From a virus (Duplodnaviria; Caudoviricetes), in the IMG/VR virus record IMGVR_UViG_3300020711_000011, positions 1 through 58,446 of that record: 58,446 nucleotides of DNA, one strand, 5' to 3'. The notes beneath the pieces are model-generated. The model saw nothing but the letters and a program-made list of their open reading frames with translations. It searched no databases and was not told where the DNA came from. This document shows, piece after piece, positions 8,131-19,088 of this stretch; position 1 is the stretch's first letter; every line of letters starts with the position of its first letter. The position numbers and the translations under genes were made by a program.

Positions 8131-10203
8131 TTATGTGCAAGTATTTTTGATGCCTAATATTCCATTGCTTATTGAAAACCTATTATACACTGTTCCTTCA
8201 ATATCTACTACCCAATCGCTATAGTAATATCCTTGTGTTATTTGCAACATTGCTTCTGTTCCTTCGGCAGTAGAATCACTATTTGAATTTATATATGCAG
8301 TTAGTGTTGAATCTGCTGTATTTTCTAAATTACCCAATAGTGTATAAACAAACATTTGAGTTCCAAAACCCAAACATGCATTTGATGCCGTTGCGGATTG
8401 TACACATGTAAATCCTGTGACCGGTGCATCTGGTACACCTCTATTTGCATTCATTATTATGGTTCCATCTATATTTGTTCCATCAAATGAATTTAATCCA
8501 TTATCCCAGAATCTTAATAGTGTACCGACTCTGTACCAACCTGTCGGTGCTGGAATTGTTCCTTGTGCATTTGTAAATAATTTGGTAGCACTAATTAAAT
8601 TTGAATTATCACCATATAAAGTAACATTAAATCCAGTTGGAGGATTTCCATTTGAATAATTTAGATCAAAAATAACTGCGCTATGCATCGCATTTAATAT
8701 CTGAGATGTTGTTGGACATGATCCAACATAATTTGAACCATTAAACGCAGGAGAAACCCAATATCTAACCACTCCGCCGTAACTGTAAAAACCAGATGTT
8801 GCAAGAGTTACTCCATCAATATTATAAAGATGCAGACCAATAAGATTGTTACTTAAATTCGTCCAATCTTCTACAGAAAAATCTGCTTTAAATGTATTTG
8901 TTCCAGCAGCGCATGCAGATGCTTGAGAACTTGTATCATAACCTAAATCAATATTATTTAATGTAGGAGGAACATAACTTCCAGTTTCCCATGTAAATCC
9001 AGTTTGTCCTAAATAACATATATAGATCAATTTTGTATCTCCATATTCAGTTCCAGTATTCGGAAAATCTATCACTCCTGGTTCTCCAGTGCTTGCAAAA
9101 TCTACAATTGTCGAAGTGATTGTATATCCACTGGAATACGGCATTGTTAGCGTAACTTCTGCGCCTGCAAGCATTGAAAGATCTGCAGGTCCAAATGTTT
9201 GTTCTGTCTGTCCTCCGTCATTTGATGCAATGTTATATTTAAATGCATTTATGTTTGGAAGAGTATAATTAAGAGTTCCAATAGTCCAGGTTTGTCCATT
9301 ACATGCATACCATCCTTCGAAAAGGGTGTTTGCCATACCGGCTCCGGTTCTATTTTGTAGAATTGGAGTTCCTGTTTGTTGTATTGTCTCGTTTAAATAA
9401 AAATTAGTTGAATTAAAATACGAAGGATCGATTCCAATAATTGATCCGATTGGAAACAACGCGATTAAATCTCTTAATCTTGCCCAACTTACGCTCCCAC
9501 TACTATCTGAAGATCTTACAACATAGTTTGCAACTGGACTCGCTACATTAAATTGAGCACCTATGTGCATCTCTGATCCTGAATTTAAAATTGAATCAAC
9601 TGAACTTGTTAATCCACCATCAATTTCAATAAAACCAGAATAATTATGTTGCGATGCAGCATCCACCAAAATTCCAGATGCATTTTCATCAAAGCTCTCT
9701 TCTAAAACTATTTGTGATCCAACTGAATCATAATAAAAATTATAATGAGATCTATTATCAGAATCTGAAGTTTTTAAAGAAAGGTTATATGTGTTCTTAT
9801 CAGAAGTATGTAAAGTTTTTAATCTGGTAGTCGGATTGTTATAATCTGCTGATGAGCTTGACACTCCAATTTCAATCGTGGTTGGATTTAACTTTCCAAA
9901 TTGATTTGTCTTTAGGGTATCATTATCGCTTGTTATAAGTGTATTCTTTAACCAAACCGATTGTCCTTCATCTCCTTGTGGTCCAGCAAATCCATCATCT
10001 CCAGGGTCACCTTGCGCTCCGGTTGTTCCTTTGGATCCATCATCTCCAGGGTCACCTTGCGCTCCTTGTGGACCATTTGGTCCTCCATGATTCAATTCAA
10101 TCTGCTGGAAGTTAGCATTTATTTTTTCAACCTTTTCGGGTGATAAAAATACGCCAGATCCATCGGCATCTGAATTGTATATTTCTGTAATTATTATTGA
10201 CAT
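8131..10203 (-). CDS. Collagen-repeat tail fibre protein, paralog of 5870..8089
   Basis: KINANF, G-X-Y repeat, FPIGSII...GWYACNGQTW collar-like motif, SGFYS/TGWYR...RYW repeats. Confidence 0.75.
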   Translation of the reverse strand: MSIIITEIYNSDADGSGVFLSPEKVEKINANFQQIELNHGGPNGPQGAQGDPGDDGSKGTTGAQGDPGDDGFAGPQGDEGQSVWLKNTLITSDNDTLKTNQFGKLNPTTIEIGVSSSSADYNNPTTRLKTLHTSDKNTYNLSLKTSDSDNRSHYNFYYDSVGSQIVLEESFDENASGILVDAASQHNYSGFIEIDGGLTSSVDSILNSGSEMHIGAQFNVASPVANYVVRSSDSSGSVSWARLRDLIALFPIGSIIGIDPSYFNSTNFYLNETIQQTGTPILQNRTGAGMANTLFEGWYACNGQTWTIGTLNYTLPNINAFKYNIASNDGGQTEQTFGPADLSMLAGAEVTLTMPYSSGYTITSTIVDFASTGEPGVIDFPNTGTEYGDTKLIYICYLGQTGFTWETGSYVPPTLNNIDLGYDTSSQASACAAGTNTFKADFSVEDWTNLSNNLIGLHLYNIDGVTLATSGFYSYGGVVRYWVSPAFNGSNYVGSCPTTSQILNAMHSAVIFDLNYSNGNPPTGFNVTLYGDNSNLISATKLFTNAQGTIPAPTGWYRVGTLLRFWDNGLNSFDGTNIDGTIIMNANRGVPDAPVTGFTCVQSATASNACLGFGTQMFVYTLLGNLENTADSTLTAYINSNSDSTAEGTEAMLQITQGYYYSDWVVDIEGTVYNRFSISNGILGIKNTCT
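9990..10065. repeat. Perfect 31-bp direct repeat (45-bp period) in collagen-coding segment
   Basis: atccatcatctccagggtcaccttgcgctcc at 9990 and 10035. Confidence 0.9.
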
Positions 10204-10204
10204 G

Positions 10205-13200
10205 TTAAGAAATTATATTGACTAGGAGCTCAAATTGATAATTATAACCTGGCCTCTTATTATATATTAGTCTAAATCCAAGTCGATCCGTAGGAAATGT
10301 CTGAGTCTGATAATTGGTTTGCATTGTATATACTGAGGTATCAATCAATGATGGATTATCAACACTTAAAAATTCTGTTGAAATATCTTTACCCTCTCTG
10401 GCATATACAACAATGCTGCCTAAATTAAATCTTGGTACAATATTATTATCAGTATAAACTATAAGATCATCCAGGGTTGTCGTTACATCACCGTATGAAT
10501 GATTAGCACTAACATAGTCATCGAATTTATATTTAATACCATCTGCTAATAATTTAGCAAACATAGATTTTTTAATGTAAACGTCGGCATATACTTTGTC
10601 CGTATCTTCGAACCAAACTATCGAACTGGTTTCTGAATCATTTGTTCTAATCGTATTCATTTGATCCAATGAACTAACGTTCATCGAAGTAAAATTAGTT
10701 ATTTGATATTGACTTTCAACCTTCATTATCGTCGATGCCAAGAACGCTGTCTTTTCAATAGGACTTAGGGTTCCATATGCCGTCGAAGAAATATTATTCG
10801 GAGAAGCTTTTGTAAAATATGTTGGAGAATACTTAGATTCTAAAACATTCATCGTTTTCTTATCAATCGCGATCTCACCAATTTTTGGATATAGAGGTAA
10901 TTTATCAGATGATGTTGACAATTTCAATGTAGAATCAGGTGCCTCTGGATTTACTTTATGGAAATAATAGTTATATAATAGACCAAATCCATTTTCATTT
11001 GTAGAAATATAGGTATCAAATGCGATTCCTAATCTATTAAATTTATCGTAGATTAATTTCTTTCTATAATCTACCGATCCGCTAGTATCATAAGCTTTGT
11101 ATTCTGTAAAAATATCTGTGAATGCAACAACATCTTTTACCAATGGGTTATATAAACCATTCATTCTTCGCATCGCCGTAAAATATGGATCACTTCTTTC
11201 AGTAATAATCTTACCGACATCCTGTGATGTAATTTTGTATGAATTAGGTTTATCTGAATCCACAGAAGGTTCAATGTAAGAAGCCTTTGCAAATGCAGTA
11301 CCATTATCGATTTCTAATACAAAATTATTTACTGATTCTGTTCCATCAGCGCTAATTGTTGTATAATTAATATTTGTTGAAAATTGATTAAATAAATTTG
11401 CAAAGCTCGATGCCTGTAAAGATTCTAATATAGATTTAAATGCATTATAACCTCCACCGATGTAGGTGTATGGTATTACGCTCTGTTCATTAATAGAAAT
11501 ACCTGCAACACCAGTCCACTCTGTACCTAATGATCCATTTGCCCATACTCTAGGATATCCATCTACAATAATTGATGAATCATTAGAAACACTTAGAACT
11601 TTTAATGCATATTGATCTGAACCATTTAATGGCCAGTTAAAAACCAAATATGAATATCCTCCACTTTCGGTAAGAGTTAATTGACTTTCAAATTTAGTTT
11701 GATTTCCCAAATTATCTGGAATTCCATTTACGGTTACTGGACCATTTGTCCATGCTGCATGTTTTAAATCTAATGTGCCACTCATTGCAGAATTATTGTA
11801 AGTTCCATTTAATTTAGAGTGTACCAATTCATACAGAACCTTTCTAGTCAATTCGTTTACATCATTTGGATTTAATTGTAAGTTAATATAGATACAAATA
11901 AAATCAAATGCATCATTTTTAATAACATCAATAGAATATTCGTTTGATGTCGCATCTGTTAAATTAATTACTGAACCAAATTTATAATCATTCACTAATG
12001 TATTACTAATAAATTCAGTAGGATTAACCTTATTGAATTCCTTTCTTGCCTTGTAAGTATATCTTAAACCTCTAAATACTGTCGATGCAAATTTATATTG
12101 AGATCCTTTATCGAAGTTAGAGTACAACTTTTTAGATCTATCTTTTACAAAAGAAATTTGATCTTTTAAAAATAAATCATTTATTGAAAAACCTGGATTT
12201 GATCCAGAAAAGCTTAATATTGATGCTCCATCTACTGTTGAAATATTTCCAGCACTTGGAAGCGTTATAATTGCACCATCTAATCTAACTACCGTAGTCG
12301 AAGACGTTAAAATAGTTGAAGAAACGATATCACTAAAATAAATTAAGGTAACTGATCCAGTTGTTATTTTTGTAACTGAAACTGTATCTCTAAATGCTCC
12401 ATCCCAAATAAAATATTTGCTAAAGTAATCATTTGTATAACTTTTTAAATTTGCAACATTTAATTCTGGATTATTTGAATTCAATAGAATAGAATCATAT
12501 CCAATATAACTATCCAACTCATTAATATTTGAATCTGTATCTTTAAAAATAGTAGGGATTCCATAGATATGAAAGTGTTCCATGCTATAGTCTAATGGAT
12601 TTCTAGATTTTCCGCTCTGAATATCAGGAGATATATTGTCAGTTCCAAATGCCTCATTAACATTTAAAAGATATGGTTTCATCCTTGCATTAAATGCATC
12701 CTTAAGAGCAAACTTATTTATTGTAGGAACCATCCTACTTAAAATTGCAGTTTCTTTTAATTCATTTTCATAAAGTCTATCATATTCAGAATCTGCAGTT
12801 ACATCTTTAATAATTAAAGTAGCATCCTGGGATAGATCAGTTATTGTTGATCTTCTATTAACTATTTCCGGTTGCAAAACTGAATACAGTGTTGGAAAAT
12901 ATGAAGATGCTTCCTCTGTAAAATTAGAGCTACATGCGCCCGCATAATTATTATAATAAGAAGAACTTAATAAAAGGTCCTCAAACGATAATTCACCTAA
13001 ATTAGAATTAGAAGTGTCATAAAAATCAAAGTCAAAGTCTTTAATTGCATATGCACTAAATTTACCGTATGTCGTAAAAGATTCAGCGTATACGTTTAAT
13101 ACTTTAGATTTCGGTACATCTATTACATTTTCTAAAATGATTCTGCTCGTAGCAGTTAAAAATGGATCAGCAATAATTTGAGTAATTTTAGAGAATGTAT

Positions 13201-14938
13201 TTGAAGTAGAACTCATTAAGAATTCACCAACAGCAACAGTTCCTTTGTTTTGATTCTTTACCAAAACTGCTCTATTTTGTATTGCTCCTCCGGTTGGAGT
13301 CCATATAGTCCATTGAGTAAAATCAGTATGCGATCCTACTGGAAGTATTGAATTTGTTAAACCAATATTATTCTGTAGACCTACATTTATTTGAATGAAA
13401 TCAGAAATATTACCATTTAAAATACCTAATGCGGTCAATTTTCTATTATTTCCAACTCCATAATCTTGTAAAATTATTCTATCTCCGATCTGTTGAACCG
13501 TATAAGGAAGCTCTGATAGATTAATTGATCCAGCTAGGGCACTTGCAATATCACTCGGTGTACCGTGGATTGAGTAGGTATTCTCAGTAAATTTGCCAAT
13601 TGGTAAATTAGCTATTGCAGTAAACTCAAATCCGTGCAACTTATAATCAAAGCCTTTCAATTCTGATTTGGGTGCAATAAATATTTTATCACCATCGTGT
13701 GGAGTGTCGATTATTTGAAGATCGATAAAATCATTTAGGTTAACTCCAAACTCTTCAATTTGAATCGAAGATTGTTTAACCATATCCGTAAATTCATTAA
13801 GACTTGCTCCATTTAATGAAACCGGTAGATATTGAGTATTATTAAATCCAACACCATTTCTGATATGAAAGAAATTACCAACTCCAGATTTTACCCAGTT
13901 TAGGGTTGGAATTGATAAATCACTTTGATTCAAGAACATATCTTGATGAGTCAAACCATTTGATAAAGGATATAAAGTAGAAACCGAATCAGCCTCAATC
14001 TTTAAGATTTCAGTTGAATCATTTTTAACCAGATCGTATGTTGTAAATTGTCCTTCTTGGATTGCATCAACATATAAACCAAAATATCTATAAATCTTAT
14101 AGGTTTCTGCAGTTGGATCATTGAATAAAAATTCAAGATTTAATATGTTTGCAACTGCGATATCATTTCTTTGAAAACCAGAAGTTAAAAGATTATTATT
14201 TAAGATTTCTATCTTATCAACGATAAGATCTTTATTCGTGTATTCATTTCTATTAACAAAACCACCCTTTGCCGTATCGATACCGCTAAAAATAGTAGGT
14301 TGCGATGGATCAAAGTTCTGTGTTATTGCAGCATCTGGAAAATTAGAATCATTTATATGAGTACTAATATATTTACCAATTCCAGTTTTTGTAGTTAAAT
14401 CAAATGAAGTAACGATCGTAGCCTTGCTTAACAATTCCATCACTCTTGTGTTTTGTGATGATATTGTCGTATCCATTTGTTTAGAGTAGTCAACATCTTC
14501 AACTCTATAAATTACAAAGTAAGAAGGTGTATTCTTTTCCAACCAAATAGGAGCAAAGAATCTATATTGTTCTAAATAAAATTTTGAAGTATTAAAGAAG
14601 GCACCGTACTGATATTGAGATTCATATTGCTTTGCATAATCTCCATAAACACTCAGATCAGAATCTTCTCTTAAAACATCGTATTTAATAGAATTCGGAG
14701 CAGTAGAATAGAATGCAGAAAGATCTTGCGAGTATGATCCTCCAGAATTGATTGGAAACTTTTTAAATGCAGAATTTGAGAGAGTACTATTCGCGTCAAT
14801 TGAATCCATATAAATGGATCCAGTAGAGTCAACTACTAATTTTACGTTCGTAGTTAATACGGGATTGGTTCTTAATAAACCAAATGATAGAGCGTCTAGA
14901 TTATTCTCAGACGCATCAAAGTTTGTTGTTATACTCAT
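10205..14938 (-). CDS. Large virion structural protein (baseplate/tail-associated)
   Basis: 1577-aa ORF with GATATATA late motif at 14965-14972. Confidence 0.6.
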   Translation of the reverse strand: MSITTNFDASENNLDALSFGLLRTNPVLTTNVKLVVDSTGSIYMDSIDANSTLSNSAFKKFPINSGGSYSQDLSAFYSTAPNSIKYDVLREDSDLSVYGDYAKQYESQYQYGAFFNTSKFYLEQYRFFAPIWLEKNTPSYFVIYRVEDVDYSKQMDTTISSQNTRVMELLSKATIVTSFDLTTKTGIGKYISTHINDSNFPDAAITQNFDPSQPTIFSGIDTAKGGFVNRNEYTNKDLIVDKIEILNNNLLTSGFQRNDIAVANILNLEFLFNDPTAETYKIYRYFGLYVDAIQEGQFTTYDLVKNDSTEILKIEADSVSTLYPLSNGLTHQDMFLNQSDLSIPTLNWVKSGVGNFFHIRNGVGFNNTQYLPVSLNGASLNEFTDMVKQSSIQIEEFGVNLNDFIDLQIIDTPHDGDKIFIAPKSELKGFDYKLHGFEFTAIANLPIGKFTENTYSIHGTPSDIASALAGSINLSELPYTVQQIGDRIILQDYGVGNNRKLTALGILNGNISDFIQINVGLQNNIGLTNSILPVGSHTDFTQWTIWTPTGGAIQNRAVLVKNQNKGTVAVGEFLMSSTSNTFSKITQIIADPFLTATSRIILENVIDVPKSKVLNVYAESFTTYGKFSAYAIKDFDFDFYDTSNSNLGELSFEDLLLSSSYYNNYAGACSSNFTEEASSYFPTLYSVLQPEIVNRRSTITDLSQDATLIIKDVTADSEYDRLYENELKETAILSRMVPTINKFALKDAFNARMKPYLLNVNEAFGTDNISPDIQSGKSRNPLDYSMEHFHIYGIPTIFKDTDSNINELDSYIGYDSILLNSNNPELNVANLKSYTNDYFSKYFIWDGAFRDTVSVTKITTGSVTLIYFSDIVSSTILTSSTTVVRLDGAIITLPSAGNISTVDGASILSFSGSNPGFSINDLFLKDQISFVKDRSKKLYSNFDKGSQYKFASTVFRGLRYTYKARKEFNKVNPTEFISNTLVNDYKFGSVINLTDATSNEYSIDVIKNDAFDFICIYINLQLNPNDVNELTRKVLYELVHSKLNGTYNNSAMSGTLDLKHAAWTNGPVTVNGIPDNLGNQTKFESQLTLTESGGYSYLVFNWPLNGSDQYALKVLSVSNDSSIIVDGYPRVWANGSLGTEWTGVAGISINEQSVIPYTYIGGGYNAFKSILESLQASSFANLFNQFSTNINYTTISADGTESVNNFVLEIDNGTAFAKASYIEPSVDSDKPNSYKITSQDVGKIITERSDPYFTAMRRMNGLYNPLVKDVVAFTDIFTEYKAYDTSGSVDYRKKLIYDKFNRLGIAFDTYISTNENGFGLLYNYYFHKVNPEAPDSTLKLSTSSDKLPLYPKIGEIAIDKKTMNVLESKYSPTYFTKASPNNISSTAYGTLSPIEKTAFLASTIMKVESQYQITNFTSMNVSSLDQMNTIRTNDSETSSIVWFEDTDKVYADVYIKKSMFAKLLADGIKYKFDDYVSANHSYGDVTTTLDDLIVYTDNNIVPRFNLGSIVVYAREGKDISTEFLSVDNPSLIDTSVYTMQTNYQTQTFPTDRLGFRLIYNKRPGYNYQFELLVNIIS

Positions 14939-14995
14939 CAGTTTTCCTTCTATTCGTTGTTAATTATATATCAAGAAATGAAGGAGACGTCTGGG

Positions 14996-17900
14996 TTATC
15001 TCAGTACTGACATTTCACCTGGTGTTGAAAAGTCATTAGAATCAGCAAACTGACCGGTATTCTTATTGTGGGAAACTAATCCTTCAACAACATACGTATG
15101 TGCATTTCCAATTTCAAGTTTAACTATTTCTGCGTTACCAACCGCCTGTTTGTATGTGATTGTAACAATTCCATTTTCTGATTGGATCTTATCTCCAACG
15201 TGTAGATCTGAGATCGAAACGTATTCTCCAGCTTCAGTTAAGAATTTATGTGAATTAGAAACTGTAACATTGCTTCCACCTGCGCTAACTAATACGATTG
15301 GTTGAATTCCTCTCGATGTATTAATCAATGGATATGTTCCCCATACTCCTGTTAATTCGTGTTTAGTGTAAACTAGATCACCAATCTTTAAGTCTCCTGC
15401 TGGTACTAAGGTATTAGATCCAGTTAAGATTCTCATGTTTGGTGTAGGACAACCTCCTCCGCCTGAAGAAGGTGCATTGTAGTTATTTAACATTGCACTC
15501 GTTACGTTTGTAGAAGAAGAACCCTCTTGTTTGTATTTCGCGTAAACTTCGACGTCAAACTGGAATGAATTTCCAGCAGCATCTAAAATATCGATACCTA
15601 TCTTTTTAGAATAAGTGATGTTTGTTAAAGTATTGCTATAGATACCACCAATTCTACCAGTGTTATTTGCAGCAGTTGCAGTTGTTGAAACTGTACTGTC
15701 AGCTATACCATAGTAATCAGTCATTCTATATTGGAAGATCAAATCTACTGAAACCGCATTTGTGGCTCCAGATGCTATTGTTTTTACACCAAATTTATTA
15801 TCTGCATCTACGATAAGACTTGTCTTTTGTAGAGGTGCAACATATAAATAGGCTCCACATGATTGACCACCTAATAGATATTGATCATTTGCATCGAATG
15901 CCATTTTCAAAGTTCTATGAACTGTGTTATTCGCATCATTTACCCATGTTGTATATTTGTATGGATTTTGGAATCCGCCATCTGCCATGTTTGCTCTTCT
16001 TGGTGCATTTTTAGACATTGCAACCATACCAGCACCTTGGATTTGCAATGGAGTGATCGCTCCATTTGACAAGATTGGATGGTCTTTATGAATGAAGATA
16101 CCATTGTCATATGCAGAACTTGATATTGGATTTGTAGCTCCTGCAAGATCAATTATCGTTATTGCTGGTGTAGTACTATTAAATGAACCTGTCCAAATAA
16201 ATGCATTTGCTAATACAGTTGGATCAGTAGGTGCATCAAATGGTGTACTTGAAGCCGCAGAATAATTTCTTTCTTTGCTAGTTGGATCGATTGTAACACC
16301 AGTAAAGATGTTTGAAAGACCATACTCATAATCATCAATACCAGTTGTTATTGATAAATCTGGCGCAGTTAAAGAATAAAGATCAGTATCATTCGCTAGA
16401 TTTCTGAATCTAGAGTTAACGAACTGTCCTCTTAATTGTCCTGACTGTAATGGTATTTGATTGAAGAAGATATTTGCTGAAATATCTGCTGCTGCCAAAT
16501 TTTGATATAATAAAGGTACTAAATCATAGTTACCTTCAGTTGTATAATATGTGTTTGTTGCAACCGCAGAATCAGGTGTTGTAGTTCCATTTGCAGAAAC
16601 TCCTAACGTTGCAGATTTACCTGAGTTATAAATAGGTTGAGTTCTATCACCTAGAATTCTTGCAACTAATTCTAAATTGGTTGCTTTAGTGTTTGCTAAC
16701 TTTAATTTAAAACTCTTTGTAACAATTGCACCTTTTCTATTTGTTTGACTTGTAATCTCATCAACATAGTAACCTGCAAATAACTGAACTGACGTATTAT
16801 TAGATACTACAGTTTGAGTTCCATTTTGATCTTCAAGGTATACTGAAAGTTCTCCAAGAGTACCAGCGATTTGAGCAGTTAGTGTTTGAATTTGATTTTG
16901 TAATTCAATCAACTTATCAAATACTGAAACTGGATTTTGATTTGCATCTAAGAATCCTGAAGCTATTGAGGTACCGATGTGCGCAAAATATTTAGAGTTT
17001 GCAGTAAATGAATCACCAATGTGTGTATAAACTCCACCAGTTGTTAGATCCTGATCAACTTGAACCTTTACCAAATCGGTTTGATTTTGATTGATAGCAT
17101 CTAATAATTTATCTCCAGTGAATTGTCCTTCTGGGAAAACAATTTGAACGATCGAAGAGAATTCTGATTCTGCTGGATTCGATGGGAAACCTGCCTCAGA
17201 TCTTGAAGCGATCATGATTTCAACAGCCTCTCCAGATTCAATTGGAATATCTAATGAATTAAAGTTTACGGTTTGAGCGTCTTCTTCATTCTCATTTTGC
17301 CATTTGTACTTTCCAGTAGTTGGATCCAAAGCTCTTTGTCTAACAGGTCCTAAAATTTCATTCCAGTTAGAGAATGCCGCAGTTTTAACGGTATTAGTTG
17401 TACTATCATTAAAAGGGATCTGATCAACTTGACTGGTTTTACCATTTACTGAAAGATATCGATATCTTATTTTAAATTGTACAACCTCTTGAGGTACGGT
17501 GTTTGCTACATTTTTTGGAAGTGGCACTGACCAGAAACCTCTTACGCTAAATTTAGGAGCTACATTCGTTAAATTGTTTGAAGCTGCTATAGTTTGAATT
17601 TGCGTAACTATTGATGCATATAAATTTGATTCAGTTGCTCTTTGAGAAACTAAAGCATTGTATTCATTCGTGTCTCTATCTTTATCAACTGAAGACGTAT
17701 ACTTTTGTGTATTGATTTGCGTTTTCTTTTGAGCAATAGAAGTATCTAACTGAGCCAATGACTGCTCTGCCGCAGCTTTATCTGACTGCAATTGAGTAAT
17801 CTTGATAGTCGAATCGTTATCTGTTAAGTGATTGTTTATTTGAACCACTTTAAAGTTATTTACATCCAGAACCGGCGCATCTGGAGGAACTGCCATTGCA

Positions 17901-19087
17901 GCAGGTGGAATAAAGTCTACTTGTAAACTTTTAATGAATTGACCAAAATCTGCAACCTCTGATTTATAATAATCAGCAAGTGTTACAACGCTTCCATCAG
18001 CCATGGTTATTTGCAAATCATTTGAATAGAATGCAACACCCGGTGAAAAATTAGCCGCTTCGATTTTAGAAACTGGATCAATTGCTTTAACAAATACAAC
18101 CTGTCTTTCATCGAAATTGATATTTAATTTAATATCAGTTGCAATTGAATTATCTTTGTAGATTGTTAATTGTGATGCTCCAATTTTAATAGGTTCAGAA
18201 CCTTCAACCAATAATAAAGAAACTTGAGAGGTGCTTGAATTGATCGATTGTACTGTGTATCTTGTTGCCAAGTTTCCAGAATTAACAACCAATGAATCTC
18301 CAACCTTTAAGGTTTCAGTATCCTGAAGTGTTTTAGATGAATCTGAGTAAGTTAATTTATTTAATGTGAATAACCTAACAGTGTTCGTTTGACTAACACC
18401 GTTAACAATCTGTGTAACTTGAACGTTGTCTACGCTTATAACATCTAGATCTCCATAATACTGAACCATCTTAGCTGGCATATCAACAGTATTCGAATCC
18501 AATGTATATTGGTATGAATTCTGAGATAATTGAGTTAAGAATGTTTTGTAATCGATGCTATTCGATCCTTTGTAATTATTATCGAATGCAGCAGAACTTG
18601 TTTGGTCTGCACTGTTAAAGATATATCTTTCAACATAAATTTTTTCAGTGTTAACTGCAATTTGATTGCTAACGTCCATTGTGATGGTTAACAATGGATT
18701 TAAAAAGTTCTGAAAGAATTGATTGTTCTTAGTTTCAAATGCAGTTGGAGTGTATAGACTGGTAATAGTTGGAGCTGGTCCATCTAATTTACTGGTCATA
18801 ACTCTTCTATAAGTACCATCTGACAATTGAATATTCGCTGTTGAATTTCCAATTGCGCTAAGGTTGTTAACGTTATTGCTTAATCTTTCAATCTCTCTTT
18901 TCAAGAAACCAAATGATGGAACTTGAACTGTTGTAACATTGGTAGTCGATGGATCATACAAGTTAATAACTACACTATCCTTATCGGTAGTAATAGCAGT
19001 ATTTGTTTGTTGGTATGTTGCCAATGCGTTATTATACAATTCTACGAATTGTTCTAATAGTTGCGAGATTGAATTGTTTGCGCTCAT
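14996..19087 (-). CDS. Large structural protein with C-terminal Hint (intein-like) domain
   Basis: GGGG/CPTP start, SNSH block-B-like motif, VVEGLVSHN end; Hint at 15065-15451. Confidence 0.8.
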   Translation of the reverse strand: MSANNSISQLLEQFVELYNNALATYQQTNTAITTDKDSVVINLYDPSTTNVTTVQVPSFGFLKREIERLSNNVNNLSAIGNSTANIQLSDGTYRRVMTSKLDGPAPTITSLYTPTAFETKNNQFFQNFLNPLLTITMDVSNQIAVNTEKIYVERYIFNSADQTSSAAFDNNYKGSNSIDYKTFLTQLSQNSYQYTLDSNTVDMPAKMVQYYGDLDVISVDNVQVTQIVNGVSQTNTVRLFTLNKLTYSDSSKTLQDTETLKVGDSLVVNSGNLATRYTVQSINSSTSQVSLLLVEGSEPIKIGASQLTIYKDNSIATDIKLNINFDERQVVFVKAIDPVSKIEAANFSPGVAFYSNDLQITMADGSVVTLADYYKSEVADFGQFIKSLQVDFIPPAAMAVPPDAPVLDVNNFKVVQINNHLTDNDSTIKITQLQSDKAAAEQSLAQLDTSIAQKKTQINTQKYTSSVDKDRDTNEYNALVSQRATESNLYASIVTQIQTIAASNNLTNVAPKFSVRGFWSVPLPKNVANTVPQEVVQFKIRYRYLSVNGKTSQVDQIPFNDSTTNTVKTAAFSNWNEILGPVRQRALDPTTGKYKWQNENEEDAQTVNFNSLDIPIESGEAVEIMIASRSEAGFPSNPAESEFSSIVQIVFPEGQFTGDKLLDAINQNQTDLVKVQVDQDLTTGGVYTHIGDSFTANSKYFAHIGTSIASGFLDANQNPVSVFDKLIELQNQIQTLTAQIAGTLGELSVYLEDQNGTQTVVSNNTSVQLFAGYYVDEITSQTNRKGAIVTKSFKLKLANTKATNLELVARILGDRTQPIYNSGKSATLGVSANGTTTPDSAVATNTYYTTEGNYDLVPLLYQNLAAADISANIFFNQIPLQSGQLRGQFVNSRFRNLANDTDLYSLTAPDLSITTGIDDYEYGLSNIFTGVTIDPTSKERNYSAASSTPFDAPTDPTVLANAFIWTGSFNSTTPAITIIDLAGATNPISSSAYDNGIFIHKDHPILSNGAITPLQIQGAGMVAMSKNAPRRANMADGGFQNPYKYTTWVNDANNTVHRTLKMAFDANDQYLLGGQSCGAYLYVAPLQKTSLIVDADNKFGVKTIASGATNAVSVDLIFQYRMTDYYGIADSTVSTTATAANNTGRIGGIYSNTLTNITYSKKIGIDILDAAGNSFQFDVEVYAKYKQEGSSSTNVTSAMLNNYNAPSSGGGGCPTPNMRILTGSNTLVPAGDLKIGDLVYTKHELTGVWGTYPLINTSRGIQPIVLVSAGGSNVTVSNSHKFLTEAGEYVSISDLHVGDKIQSENGIVTITYKQAVGNAEIVKLEIGNAHTYVVEGLVSHNKNTGQFADSNDFSTPGEMSVLR

Positions 19088-19088
19088 A

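Noticed and set aside
5870-10203. Diversity-generating retroelement acting on fibre genes
   Set aside because: No reverse transcriptase and no TR/VR pair with adenine-specific mismatches seen in the window
15065-15451. Canonical splicing intein or homing element
   Set aside because: No endonuclease domain, and the +1 residue is Lys rather than Cys/Ser/Thr
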